A stretch of DNA of 64,000 nt from an uncultured Desulfarculus sp. (GTDB lineage: Bacteria > Desulfobacterota > Desulfarculia > Desulfarculales > Desulfarculaceae). The notes under the pieces are model-generated. The model saw only the letters and a list, made by a program, of their open reading frames with translations. It ran no database searches and was not told the origin of the DNA. The number at the start of each line of letters is the position of its first letter. Within the stretch, counting starts at the first letter, position 1. The stretch is taken from assembly GCA_963665125.2 (NCBI GenBank), contig CAXXUK010000002.1, positions 1,120,001-1,184,000 on the forward strand, read 5' to 3'. Shown piece by piece: positions 1 through 10,268 of this stretch. Position numbers and translations under genes: made by a program.

Positions 1-1
1 T

Positions 2-2041
2 TGGACTTTCTCCCTCCTAAATAGCAGGCCATTCAGGAATAGCAGAGAACTGACGCTTATTGAGATTTCAGAAATCACCCAAGAAAACGGCGCTCCTGCC
101 TGGATGGCGGCCGAGACTGATTCCTTCGACTACGGGGAGAAAGGCGTCCAGAGAGTGTGGATGTATCCCCGCAGCCCGCTTTTCGTCTATCTCCTGAGCG
201 GATGGGAGTCCTTGGTGGGACGGAATTCCATGTGGCTGCGAGCTTTGTCTGCCTTCTTCTATTACGCCCTGGCCGTCCTATTGTTTTTATATCTTGGCAG
301 GGATATCTTCGCCCTCGGCGCCGCAGTGACGCTACTGCTTTCATGGGCGGAGTACTATCAGATCATTTGTAAACCATATACCGTCAATCAGTTCATGTTC
401 TTTCTGGTCTTTTATTTCTGCCGCCCTTTGGTCCTGGAGAACGATCCGGCCGTGTTGAAAAAGGCCGCAAAATTTCTTTTTATCACCTTGATTGTTTTTG
501 CCCTGATCTATGAAGGCGCCTTTATCGCCGTGGCCTTTGTTTTTTGCATGGGGGTTTTATATAAGGGATTAAGGTTTCTGGCAAACCCCAGGCTCTGGGC
601 GGCCACGATAGCCGTGATGGCGATCGGGGTTCTGGAATCAATCCTTTTCCGCAAGTATTTTCCTCTCAAAGATGTATCTTTGATCTCCAACAGCATCTGG
701 CAGTCGGCTTGGGAATACATTCATAACGGGCTATACTTAAAATCACTTTTTTCGATATTGACCGAATACGATCAGCTTCAGGTTGTGGCGCCGGGAGTGC
801 TCTTTCTAATCCTTTGCTTTTGCGTATTGGTCAACCTGTTTCACGATTATCCCAAGCTGCGTTACACGCTGATCGGCTTTTTGGTGTGCGTTGCACTCTG
901 TTCGATCTATTTCATCAATAGCCGCGACCGGTTGCGGATATCCTATGTCCTTCATTTTCTGCCGGTCGTTATAGTTTTAGTCTGGCAGACCGGGCAGACC
1001 CTGGTCGGCTGGTTGAGTTCACGGGTTCGGTGGAGGCGTATGACGTACGCCATAGCCGGCCTTATCGTTGTTTTCGTACTTCTAGTTGAGGTGAATATAG
1101 GCCTCCGTCAAAAGCCTTTTAACATTAATACGTTTACCAATTACGCCTCTTCCCGGGAAAACTGGGCCCAGTCGGTGAAAGACGGTGACGTATGCCTGAT
1201 TCGGCATCCTCTTGGTGAGCAGTTCAGCGCTTATGTGAACGGCCGAAAGCTCAGCATCGAGATCGTTTCCATCCCCAAACCAGATCCCGAAAATACCATG
1301 GTTCCGGACAGGCCTTCAGAGGACCGGTCAACAAAGACGCCCAAGTTGCTTTTTACGACGAATCCTAGCCGCGACTACTACTACCGAAAAGTGATCCACT
1401 CAAGCGGTAAATACCAATGGCCCTACTATTTAAAGGAAGCCCTGGGCGAACGGCGGCGGATATGGTTTGTCTCGGACACGCCGGTTTCCGCGGATATACT
1501 GCAACGATTCGCTTTCGAGTTCCAAACCGAATTATATGATTTGCAAAGGCTGGAGACCATAAGGAACCCTTATCCCGGTGCCTCATCGATAAAACTTCCC
1601 GATCGAAAGTATCGCTGGACCGTCGTCACGTTTGAAGTGGAATCCGGGGCCGGAAAGGGAATGTTTGTTTACGGCGTGGCCGGGGGCGCATCACCCGAAC
1701 GCCGGTTGATCTGGCTAGAGCCCGGACACCGGAAGATCAGCCTATTTTTCGACCATTTTCCGAAAGCATTCAGGATTGAAACCATGCCTGGAGACGCCGG
1801 CTCGGTCACTATTCACCAAGCCGATATTTTCACATTTCGTCATTTTAATTACAACGTCCTGGAGAGCACCATCGTTGGAGGGTGGATCGTTGATGCGTTA
1901 GGATCGTGGCTAAAGCCCCAATGGACGCAGCGGCAGAAAGAAATACTTATAAAGAAATACACTGCCAAGCCCCATAAGCTTCTGCCGCTCATTTATCGCA
2001 TTAATACGCATCATCCCTTTCGAGAACCTCCCTCAAACTAA
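2..2041 (+). CDS. Polytopic membrane glycosyltransferase-like protein (GT-C/ArnT-PMT-like), probably 5'-truncated by the window edge
   Basis: Frame is open from base 2 through the ATG at 104. Many hydrophobic segments; 'YPRSPLFVYLLSGW..LVG.N..WLRALSA' resembles the PPL...LR.S pattern of GT-C enzymes; soluble C-terminal region. Confidence 0.5.
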   Translation, partial: WTFSLLNSRPFRNSRELTLIEISEITQENGAPAWMAAETDSFDYGEKGVQRVWMYPRSPLFVYLLSGWESLVGRNSMWLRALSAFFYYALAVLLFLYLGRDIFALGAAVTLLLSWAEYYQIICKPYTVNQFMFFLVFYFCRPLVLENDPAVLKKAAKFLFITLIVFALIYEGAFIAVAFVFCMGVLYKGLRFLANPRLWAATIAVMAIGVLESILFRKYFPLKDVSLISNSIWQSAWEYIHNGLYLKSLFSILTEYDQLQVVAPGVLFLILCFCVLVNLFHDYPKLRYTLIGFLVCVALCSIYFINSRDRLRISYVLHFLPVVIVLVWQTGQTLVGWLSSRVRWRRMTYAIAGLIVVFVLLVEVNIGLRQKPFNINTFTNYASSRENWAQSVKDGDVCLIRHPLGEQFSAYVNGRKLSIEIVSIPKPDPENTMVPDRPSEDRSTKTPKLLFTTNPSRDYYYRKVIHSSGKYQWPYYLKEALGERRRIWFVSDTPVSADILQRFAFEFQTELYDLQRLETIRNPYPGASSIKLPDRKYRWTVVTFEVESGAGKGMFVYGVAGGASPERRLIWLEPGHRKISLFFDHFPKAFRIETMPGDAGSVTIHQADIFTFRHFNYNVLESTIVGGWIVDALGSWLKPQWTQRQKEILIKKYTAKPHKLLPLIYRINTHHPFREPPSN

Positions 2042-2053
2042 CAGGCGGTTTCC

Positions 2054-3811
2054 ATGAACCTCCCCCTCAACGGCACGTATATACGCCGACATCTGAGCCT
2101 CGTTTCGGGCTTGATGATCCTTTTGGGGGTGCCGGCCTTGATCTTTGCACACCCAGTTTTCGCTTTACTGCTCGTTATGGCGGGACTAGGTCTTCGCGGC
2201 GTGCTGGCTCCGCCCCAGTTCAGTGAACGCCCATCGGTTCGTCTTGAGGAAAGGCCGGATCCAGTGAATGGCGTGGCGGTCCTGATCCATAATAATAATT
2301 TATCGACCGAGGTCTGTTCAGAATACTGGCGTGGCTTTCTAGGACGGTTCTGGGGCGCTGTACGGGTTCGCGGCCCAGAATCCGTTGCAGATATCGATCT
2401 CAGGGGCACGGCGATCACCGTCTACGCTGATGCGGAAGCCGAAGGCATTGAGGCGGCTTTTCAGACGCTGGTCCCTTGGGTGAAGCGAGGCGGAGTATTG
2501 ATCCTGGAAGGTGCGCCCGGCGAGGCTTGGCAACGATTTTTTTCCGGGGTCTGCAATGAAACATCCAGACCCGGTGCGCTCCTGGACCCATCGGCCAGAG
2601 CCGCCGGCCTGCTCGAACCAGGCCTGGTCCGGCATGGTCGTCTTGACAGGGGCCTGATAATGATCGTAAACGGCGTAAGCCATGTGCATCGAGTGCTTCG
2701 TCACGGCCCTGAAAATCCGAAGCGCAAGCGGCCTTGGTACGAACCCGGCGTCTTCAATTCCTACGACCTGGCCGCATGCGAGCCCGGTATCGATGCGGAG
2801 CCATGGGCGGATAAATATGAGGAGGACCTGGTCGCCCTGATACAGCGGTTCGTCCCCCTTCCGACCCTGAGGCCGTTCGATAATCGACCAGGGCTGATCA
2901 TGACCCATGATGAGGACCACCTGGGCGATGCTTCACTACCATTTTTAAGGAGGGTGGCCGAAGCCGGATGCAAACCGACACTGTATTTGATGCCGGACAC
3001 GCCTTTAACTCCTGAGGGAGCCTCTGCTCTCCACGATCTGGAAGTGACTCCGGCACTACACTGGAGCCGTTTTCCGGTTCATGTGGACGGCCGAGGCATC
3101 CATATTAACCAGGATGCAACACTTGCCCAACAGATTCAACGGGTGGAAGCCCTCTGCGGCAAGGAAATTAGGCACAACCGAACACACTGGCTCTGCCTGG
3201 GGCGCAACGTAGACAACCATTTCGGGCTGCTGGCCGAAAACAGGATCGCTTCTGATTCGACACAAGGAGCCTACGCCGACCGACAGGGACCACTGTTCGG
3301 CGCTAACCTCCCCTTCTTCAAGATGGACGCGGAAGGTCGGATGCTTGATTTGCTGGAGATTCCCTTTCTGATGTATGATCCGAATCCTCAAGATTTCGCG
3401 AAAGTGTTTCAGCGAGTTTGCGTAAGGGAGAGAAGCCTGCTGACTCTGCTGCTCCACCCGCATTCATACATGACGGCCGAAGGTAAGGCGTCGCTGAAGG
3501 CGATTCTGGAACAATACCACGAGCATTCAGATGACGTGGTTTCAATGTCCATTGATGAAGTCAACCAGGGATGGAGGGACTTGGTGGGATTTGAATGGCG
3601 CTTGACTTTGCCACGGGCGGGTAGTACTCATTCGTCGTATCGGGTCTCGATTGATGATTGGACCCCGGGCGTCTGGATCAGAATTCCGGGAGGCTCCGCA
3701 GTGGAACCGATCAATGGTTCGATTCAAGACATCCATGAATCCGGACAGTTGTATATTACCAGTCGGAGCAACGGTCGTGTGGAATTCGCAATAGTACCGG
3801 TCGGTGCCTGA
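2054..3811 (+). CDS. Membrane-anchored polysaccharide deacetylase-like (CE4/NodB-fold) protein
   Basis: N-terminal TM hairpin; THDED, LHW, RTHWL, DST, LEIPFLMYD and LLLHP motifs typical of CE4-like domains. Confidence 0.55.
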   Translation: MNLPLNGTYIRRHLSLVSGLMILLGVPALIFAHPVFALLLVMAGLGLRGVLAPPQFSERPSVRLEERPDPVNGVAVLIHNNNLSTEVCSEYWRGFLGRFWGAVRVRGPESVADIDLRGTAITVYADAEAEGIEAAFQTLVPWVKRGGVLILEGAPGEAWQRFFSGVCNETSRPGALLDPSARAAGLLEPGLVRHGRLDRGLIMIVNGVSHVHRVLRHGPENPKRKRPWYEPGVFNSYDLAACEPGIDAEPWADKYEEDLVALIQRFVPLPTLRPFDNRPGLIMTHDEDHLGDASLPFLRRVAEAGCKPTLYLMPDTPLTPEGASALHDLEVTPALHWSRFPVHVDGRGIHINQDATLAQQIQRVEALCGKEIRHNRTHWLCLGRNVDNHFGLLAENRIASDSTQGAYADRQGPLFGANLPFFKMDAEGRMLDLLEIPFLMYDPNPQDFAKVFQRVCVRERSLLTLLLHPHSYMTAEGKASLKAILEQYHEHSDDVVSMSIDEVNQGWRDLVGFEWRLTLPRAGSTHSSYRVSIDDWTPGVWIRIPGGSAVEPINGSIQDIHESGQLYITSRSNGRVEFAIVPVGA

Positions 3812-3837
3812 CGATCCGAGTTCCGAGGGAGAATTTT

Positions 3838-5256
3838 ATGGGGCGCAACAGACCAAACATCATCTTGATCGTGAACGACAGCTGGCGCTGGGATAAAGTG
3901 GGGACCTCGCCTTACGGTGAACCTCTTACTCCAGCAATGAACCGAATGATGGAGCAGAGTGCGTATTTCGAACAGGCCATTACGCCGGCCAATTGGACTT
4001 TACCGTCCCACTCTAGCGTCTTTACCGGCCTTCCTGCCCACGCTCACGGGATGATTCGCGGGAGTCGCCGACAGATGCCGAGACTGCCGGAATCCATTGA
4101 CACATTGGCCGAGACCCTACGAGACCAGGGGTATCGAACTATGGCCCTGTCCAACAACCCTTGGGTCGGTGCGCTCTCGGGCCTGGACCGCGGTTTTGAA
4201 TACTATCTCGAATCAACGCTTATGCTGCGAGGCCAATGGAAGCGGAACGAGGCGCCCTGGCTGGTCAGGCTTTCCAACGCGGCCAAACCGATCATGGATA
4301 CCTTTCGGACGGCCTCTCAGTACGCCCCTTTCCGGCACCGGATGTCCTCCATCAGCACCCAGACCATCACCCGTTGGATTGAGCGGGTCGGAGTGGTCGA
4401 CCCGGACCGCCCTTTCTTCATCTTCGCCAATTACATGGACGTGCATGGCCCTTACTTTCCTACCCGGCGAAACCTCAGGGACATCGGCTCACCCAAACTC
4501 CACGGGAATACCGTGGCCATTAATTACGCGAACTATCGTAATATAAGAAAGAAGGAAGATTATACTCCGGAAATGATGCTGGACGTTCATGCATACTGTG
4601 ACGCCTGCCTGCGCAATTTTGACGATGAGATGGCCAAACTGGTTCGTTTTATGAAAAACAAGGGGCTGGAGGAGAATACCCTATTTGCCATTTTTTCTGA
4701 TCACGGCAAGGTCCTGGGGGAATTTCCGCGCAACGACACCATCTGCTTTACCCGTGAAATCATGACCCGGGTGCCATTATTGATACGCTACCCCGGTCTT
4801 TTCGATGGTGGCCGTCGATGTGGTGCGGAGGTGAACATCGTTGATCTGTATCCGACGATCCGCAAGGCGGCGGGGGTCCCCCCTCAAGACGGAGAGGCTC
4901 CTTTCTGCCGCGCCTTGGATGAGGCGCTTAATACGGAGGATGCGGAACGGATCAATTTCTCTATGACGATCTGGCCGTGGGCCGATGGCTCACCGGACCC
5001 GAAGGAAGAATTTTACATTGCCCGAAACCGTTCGTTCAAGCTCGTAGAATCGCCCCGACATGGTTTTCTGTTCTACGACATCAGTGCTGACCCCAAAGAA
5101 TCCCGCGCTATCGAAGAACACCCCGAAAAAGCGCGTTTCGTCGCGGCCTTGCAGGCCTGGAAGGCCTATAAATGCTCGTCAGCCAACTCAGGCGGCGATA
5201 GCGAAGCCATGCCGGACAACGTCGCCGATCAATTAAGCGCCCTGGGATATATTTAG
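3838..5256 (+). CDS. Sulfatase-like alkaline-phosphatase-superfamily protein with Thr at the nucleophile position
   Basis: NIILIVNDSWRWD, WTLPSHSSVFTG, NYMDVHGPY and SDHG motifs; C-terminal QLSALGYI. Confidence 0.8.
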   Translation: MGRNRPNIILIVNDSWRWDKVGTSPYGEPLTPAMNRMMEQSAYFEQAITPANWTLPSHSSVFTGLPAHAHGMIRGSRRQMPRLPESIDTLAETLRDQGYRTMALSNNPWVGALSGLDRGFEYYLESTLMLRGQWKRNEAPWLVRLSNAAKPIMDTFRTASQYAPFRHRMSSISTQTITRWIERVGVVDPDRPFFIFANYMDVHGPYFPTRRNLRDIGSPKLHGNTVAINYANYRNIRKKEDYTPEMMLDVHAYCDACLRNFDDEMAKLVRFMKNKGLEENTLFAIFSDHGKVLGEFPRNDTICFTREIMTRVPLLIRYPGLFDGGRRCGAEVNIVDLYPTIRKAAGVPPQDGEAPFCRALDEALNTEDAERINFSMTIWPWADGSPDPKEEFYIARNRSFKLVESPRHGFLFYDISADPKESRAIEEHPEKARFVAALQAWKAYKCSSANSGGDSEAMPDNVADQLSALGYI

Positions 5257-5261
5257 TGGAC

Positions 5262-5510
5262 TGATCCTGCCCTGTTTTGACGGACACATGCTTAAGCGAG
5301 TAGGTTGGGGTGTTCGATGACATCATAGAAGCCACAGAATAAATCCACCAGGTGGCGTTATTCGCCGGAATTCAAGTCCGAGGCGCCTGGCCTGGTCGAG
5401 TCGGTGGGTGTGGCCGACGCGTCCAAGCAGCTTGTCTTGCACGAATCTCAGGTCTATGCCTGGCGCAAGAAAGCCCGCTTCGAGGCCAGTCGTAGCGAGA
5501 CCGAAAGGAA
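5262..5510 (+). mobile_element. IS3-family remnant (left IR plus degenerate orfA)
   Basis: Begins TGATCCTGCCC; encodes ..YSPEFKSEA..HESQVYAWRKKARFEASRSETE, homologous to the copy at 54133. Confidence 0.75.
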
Positions 5511-5568
5511 TGGCCTTTAGTATATATTTTGGCCATTGAACGTTAAATCCAGGTCATGGAAAATTTCG

Positions 5569-6564
5569 ATGGATATAAAAAATAAAAGAATTCTTGTCAC
5601 TGGAGCGGATGGTTTTATCGGTTCCCATCTGACTGAAACATTGGTATCCCTGGGATGCAAAGGCGTCAAAGCATTAACTCAGTATAATTCGTTCAATGAC
5701 TGGGGATGGCTATCGGATATTGAAGGCCTTGATGAAGTCGATGTCGTTTCGGGCGATATCCGCGACCCATTCTTTTGCAAAGAAATGGTCAAGGACATGG
5801 ATGTCATCTTTCATCTGGCCGCGTTGATCGCCATTCCTTACTCCTATATCGCACCGGCGAGTTACGTGGAAACCAATGTCGGGGGCACCTTGAATATCTG
5901 CCAGGCGGCGTTGGAACACGGCTGTCACCGCCTTATTCATACGTCCACATCCGAAGTGTATGGAACGGCAAGGTACGTCCCGATTGATGAAAAGCATCCG
6001 TTGCAACCTCAATCGCCGTACTCGGCGAGTAAGATAGGGGCCGACAGTATGGCCATGAGCTACCACCTTGCTTTCGGTCTGCCCGTAGTCACGGCCCGTC
6101 CGTTCAACACCTATGGCCCCCGACAGAGCGCCCGGGCGGTTATCCCGTCAATCATCGGCCAGATCGCCTCCGGCGTCAAACAGATCAAGCTGGGAGACGT
6201 CCGGCCGACCAGGGACTTCAACTATGTCTTGGATACCTGTCGGGGGCTTATCTCCCTGGCTGAAACGGACGACGCCGTGGGCGAAGTGGTCAACATAGGC
6301 TCCAACCGCGAGATATCCATCGGCGACATGTTGAACCTCATTCGGGAGCTGATGAACTCTGATGTGGAATACGTCATGGACGAATGTCGGCTCCGGCCGG
6401 AGAAGTCCGAAGTTTTTCGGTTATGGTGTGAAAATGCCAAAATTCGCGAACTGACTGGATACGAACCGTCCCATACCTTGCGTGAAGGCTTGAAACAAAC
6501 TATAGACTGGTTTACCACACCAGGTAATCTGAAAAAATACAAGATGGATATTTACAATGTTTGA
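5569..6564 (+). CDS. legB: NAD-dependent 4,6-dehydratase, LegB family
   Basis: ILVTGADGFIGSHL, YNSFNDWGWL, LAALIAIPYSY and YSASK; first gene of a Leg-type operon. Confidence 0.9.
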   Translation: MDIKNKRILVTGADGFIGSHLTETLVSLGCKGVKALTQYNSFNDWGWLSDIEGLDEVDVVSGDIRDPFFCKEMVKDMDVIFHLAALIAIPYSYIAPASYVETNVGGTLNICQAALEHGCHRLIHTSTSEVYGTARYVPIDEKHPLQPQSPYSASKIGADSMAMSYHLAFGLPVVTARPFNTYGPRQSARAVIPSIIGQIASGVKQIKLGDVRPTRDFNYVLDTCRGLISLAETDDAVGEVVNIGSNREISIGDMLNLIRELMNSDVEYVMDECRLRPEKSEVFRLWCENAKIRELTGYEPSHTLREGLKQTIDWFTTPGNLKKYKMDIYNV

Positions 6565-7708
6565 TCGGATTGCCGACTTCATCCGTGATTGGTATGGAAT
6601 GAAGGAAGGCATACCGCTTCATGCCCCTTCCATTACTCAAATGGACAAGGACTACGTTGCTGACGCCATCGACTCCACGTTTGTTTCCAGCGTTGGCCGT
6701 TATGTGGACGATTTTGAGAAGATTGTAGCCGAGCAGGTGGGGGTCCGCCGGGCGATCGCAGTCGTCAACGGCACCAGCGCTTTACACATGGCCCTTTTAC
6801 TGGCCGGCGTACGCCAAGGTGACGAAGTGATTATGCAACCACTTACCTTTGTGGCGACGGCCAATGCTGCGGCTTATCTTGGGGCCGAGCCGGTTTTTGT
6901 GGATGTGGACCGGTCCACGTTGGGCATGTCTCCCGAGGCACTTGAGGAATTTCTTTCCGAAAATTGTGAAAGAACAGACACCGGTGACTGCTGCGACCTC
7001 GTATCGGGCCGCCGGGTTGCTGCGGTCGTCCCGATGCACACGTTCGGCCATCCCTGCCGTATGGAGGAAATCGCGGATATATGCCAAAAATGGGGTCTGA
7101 TCCTGGTTGAGGATGCAGCCGAGGCCTTGGGTTCATACCGTAACGGAAAGGCATGCGGAAAGTATGGGCAGTCCGGCATATTCAGCTTCAACGGAAACAA
7201 AGTCGTCACCTGCGGCGGCGGTGGTGCCATCGTCACCGATGACGAGACTCTGGCGGACCGGGCCAAGCATCTGACCACAACGGCCAAATCGCCGCATCCT
7301 TGGGAGTACATTCACGACGAGGTGGGGTACAATTATCGTTTGCCCAATCTTAATGCGGCCATGGCGGTCAGTCAATTGAGCCGGTTGAACCGGATGGTGG
7401 ATGAAAAGCGCATGTTGGCTCAGGCCTACGCGTCTTTTTTCGCCGATTTCGATTCGCTTGATTTCGTGGAAGAGCCTGAAGGCTGCCGGAGTAATTATTG
7501 GCTAAACGCCATCATTTGGCACGACGCTGCCAAACGGGATGAATTTCTACGCTACACCAATGAGCGCTCAATCAGCACACGCCCCATCTGGCAGTTGATG
7601 TGTGACCTGGGCATGTATCGCCATTGCCGGCGAGGCTCCGTGGAAACGGCGCGCTGGTTGGCAGCCAGGGTCGTCAACCTCCCCAGCAGTGTTCGATTTC
7701 CCGTATAG
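6557..7708 (+). CDS. legC: LegC-family PLP aminotransferase (DegT/DnrJ)
   Basis: IPLHAP, STFVSSVG, EDAAEALGS, SFNGNK and GYNYRLPNLNAA; overlaps the legB stop. Confidence 0.9.
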   Translation: MFDRIADFIRDWYGMKEGIPLHAPSITQMDKDYVADAIDSTFVSSVGRYVDDFEKIVAEQVGVRRAIAVVNGTSALHMALLLAGVRQGDEVIMQPLTFVATANAAAYLGAEPVFVDVDRSTLGMSPEALEEFLSENCERTDTGDCCDLVSGRRVAAVVPMHTFGHPCRMEEIADICQKWGLILVEDAAEALGSYRNGKACGKYGQSGIFSFNGNKVVTCGGGGAIVTDDETLADRAKHLTTTAKSPHPWEYIHDEVGYNYRLPNLNAAMAVSQLSRLNRMVDEKRMLAQAYASFFADFDSLDFVEEPEGCRSNYWLNAIIWHDAAKRDEFLRYTNERSISTRPIWQLMCDLGMYRHCRRGSVETARWLAARVVNLPSSVRFPV

Positions 7709-7718
7709 GATCCATAGC

Positions 7719-8339
7719 ATGGCGGGACGCGAAATAATCATCATTGGCGGCGGCGGCCACTATCACAGCTGTATCGACATTATTGAGCAGACCGGTGAAT
7801 TTAATATCGCCGGTGTGGTGGATGCCAACCCCGAAGGAAGAAGAGAAGTATGGGGCGTACCGATCCTGGGGGATGACGACGACCTGAGTCGCCTGCGAGA
7901 ACGGTTCGACAGCGCCTTTATCGCCATTGGTCAGATTGACAGTTGCGCTCCAAGGGTCAGGCTCTATGACCGGTTGAAGGAACTGGGCTACCAACTACCA
8001 GCGATCATCTCCCCCCACGCCTACGTCTCCTCTCACGCCATGGTCGGTGAGGGTACGATCGTGATGCACCAGGTGATTGTCAATGCCGGCGCAACTGTTG
8101 GAGCAAACTGCATCCTGAATACCAAATGCTTGATCGAACACGACGCCGAGATCGGCGATCACACCCATATTTCTACTGCGGCGATAGTCAACGGTGGGGT
8201 CCGGGTCGGCCGGCGATGTTTTCTTGGCTCCAACGCCACAGTTGTTCATGGGGTGACCCTCCCCGATGACTGGTTCGGGCGGTCTGGCAGCCTGATCGTA
8301 CGACCGGAGGATGGACGAATGGTGCCCCATGATTCATAA
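7719..8339 (+). CDS. NeuD/PglD-like hexapeptide acetyltransferase
   Basis: IIIIGGGGH N-terminal domain, left-handed beta-helix repeats, IEHD motif. Confidence 0.85.
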   Translation: MAGREIIIIGGGGHYHSCIDIIEQTGEFNIAGVVDANPEGRREVWGVPILGDDDDLSRLRERFDSAFIAIGQIDSCAPRVRLYDRLKELGYQLPAIISPHAYVSSHAMVGEGTIVMHQVIVNAGATVGANCILNTKCLIEHDAEIGDHTHISTAAIVNGGVRVGRRCFLGSNATVVHGVTLPDDWFGRSGSLIVRPEDGRMVPHDS

Positions 8340-9387
8340 ACCGGAACATGTCATGATCATCGCCGAGGCTGGTGTGAACCATAACGGAGAAATTCCTCTG
8401 GCACTACGCCTGATAGACGTGGCGGCCGAGGCCGGGGCCGACGCGGTGAAGTTCCAGACATTCAAGGCAGAACGCATCGTTAGTGCCCAGGCGCCCAAGG
8501 CGGACTACCAGAAAAAGACCACAGACGCGGCTGAGTCTCAGGTGGATATGATCCGCCGCTTGGAATTATCCAAGGAAACCCACTATCAAATAGTGGAGCG
8601 GTGCCGCCAGCGGGGCATCCGGTTCATGTCCACGCCTTTTGACCTTCCAAGCGTGGATTTTCTGGCATCTCTGGGTATGGACGTATTCAAGGTTCCTTCA
8701 GGGGAGATTACCAACCTGCCCTTATTGCGCCGTGTCGGCAAAGCGTACGCATCTTCTGCAAGTTCTGAGCGACGGGTTATCCTATCCACGGGCATGTCCA
8801 CTCTGGGTGAAGTTGAGGCGGCCTTGGATATCCTGGCTAACGCTGGTGCTCCTTCTGACGCGGTAACCCTGCTCCATTGCACCACCGAATACCCCGCACC
8901 CATGGAGGAGGTAAACCTTTTGGCCATGCGCACTATGGGCGCAGCTTTCCCTGGAGTAAAGGTCGGTTTTTCCGATCATACTATCGGCGTCGAGGCGGCA
9001 ACCGCAGCCGTTGCCTTGGGGGCGGAAGTAATCGAGAAGCACTTCACCCTGGATCGTGAACTTCCTGGACCTGACCATAAGGCATCGTTGACACCTGATG
9101 AGCTTTTCGGCATGATATGCGCTGTGCGCAACATAGAACGAGCTATGGGTGATGGTGTTAAAAAGCCGAGCCCCAGCGAAATCAAGAACCGGGATATTGT
9201 TCGAAAGTGCATTGTGGCCGCGACGCGAATTCGCCGGGGAGATTTTTTTACAGAGGAGAACCTAACGGTCAAACGACCCGGTGATGGGATATCCCCCATG
9301 CGATGGGATGATATCCTGGGGAATGTGTCTGATCGGGATTACGAGCCGGACGAGGCCATTGGAGCAGCAGTATGGAGAGCGATATGA
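8329..9387 (+). CDS. neuB: Nonulosonic acid synthase (NeuB/LegI)
   Basis: IIAEAGVNHNG, AVKFQTF, LLHCTTEYP, GFSDHT, IEKHFTLD and PDHKAS; C-terminal SAF domain with KRPG. Confidence 0.93.
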   Translation: MIHKPEHVMIIAEAGVNHNGEIPLALRLIDVAAEAGADAVKFQTFKAERIVSAQAPKADYQKKTTDAAESQVDMIRRLELSKETHYQIVERCRQRGIRFMSTPFDLPSVDFLASLGMDVFKVPSGEITNLPLLRRVGKAYASSASSERRVILSTGMSTLGEVEAALDILANAGAPSDAVTLLHCTTEYPAPMEEVNLLAMRTMGAAFPGVKVGFSDHTIGVEAATAAVALGAEVIEKHFTLDRELPGPDHKASLTPDELFGMICAVRNIERAMGDGVKKPSPSEIKNRDIVRKCIVAATRIRRGDFFTEENLTVKRPGDGISPMRWDDILGNVSDRDYEPDEAIGAAVWRAI

Positions 9388-10268
9388 AAATCGCTTTCAT
9401 CGGAGCCGTAGACTTCAGCGCGGCGGCCCTGGAAAAAGTTATCCATGAGGGCGGCCATGTTGTAGGCGTGCTTACCAAGGAGTCATCGTCGATAAATTCG
9501 GATTTTGTCGACCTGACACCTATCTGCCTGACTCATGGTATCCCGGTGCGTTTCTGGAAGGGGGCCGCAGACAACCAGGATTGCGTCGTTTGGCTTGGGT
9601 CTCTATCTCCAGACGTCATCTTCTGCTTCGGCTGGTCTCATTTGCTTCCAGACGAGATGTTGAGGTTGTCCCCCGAAGGGGTTATCGGGTTTCATCCGGC
9701 CGCTCTTCCTCAAAATCGGGGCCGTCACCCTATAATATGGGCCTTGGCGCTGGGGCTTGAAGAGACTGCCTCCACGTTTTTTTACATAGACCGTGGCGCG
9801 GACAGCGGAGATATACTAAGCCAAGTACCGATCACTATCTCTTTCAACGATGACGCCTCCACGTTGTATGAAAAGATCACGCGCACCGCGCTGGACCAGA
9901 TTAAGGGATTTCTGCCGCTCCTTGCTGTGGGCAAGGTCGATCGTATTCCACAAGACCATGCCCTAGCCAACACATGGCGTAAACGAGGGCGGGAAGACGG
10001 TCGAATTGATTTTCGCATGACCGCAAATGCTGTTTATAACCTGGTGCGAGCTCTAACCCGGCCTTATCCCGGTGCGCACGTAGAATGGCGGGGTAGGAAT
10101 ATCTCAATTTGGAAGGCGGAGCCTGTGGAGAATTCCAACTTCAATCTGGAACCGGGATTGGTACTTTCGGTGGAAAGAAGCCGGATAACGGTGAAATGCG
10201 GAGAGGGAGCAGTACTTTTGTTGGAGCATGAATTCGGCAACGAGGTTTGCGTGGGGGATTATTTATGA
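9384..10268 (+). CDS. Sugar N-formyltransferase (Fmt-like)
   Basis: GFHPAALPQNRGRHP, DSGDI and ALTRPYPGA; ATGA overlap with neuB. Confidence 0.85.
   Translation: MKIAFIGAVDFSAAALEKVIHEGGHVVGVLTKESSSINSDFVDLTPICLTHGIPVRFWKGAADNQDCVVWLGSLSPDVIFCFGWSHLLPDEMLRLSPEGVIGFHPAALPQNRGRHPIIWALALGLEETASTFFYIDRGADSGDILSQVPITISFNDDASTLYEKITRTALDQIKGFLPLLAVGKVDRIPQDHALANTWRKRGREDGRIDFRMTANAVYNLVRALTRPYPGAHVEWRGRNISIWKAEPVENSNFNLEPGLVLSVERSRITVKCGEGAVLLLEHEFGNEVCVGDYL

Noticed and set aside
9384..10268. Housekeeping fmt
   Set aside because: Coupled to neuB and the deacetylase, with no def neighbour; a sugar formyltransferase is more likely.
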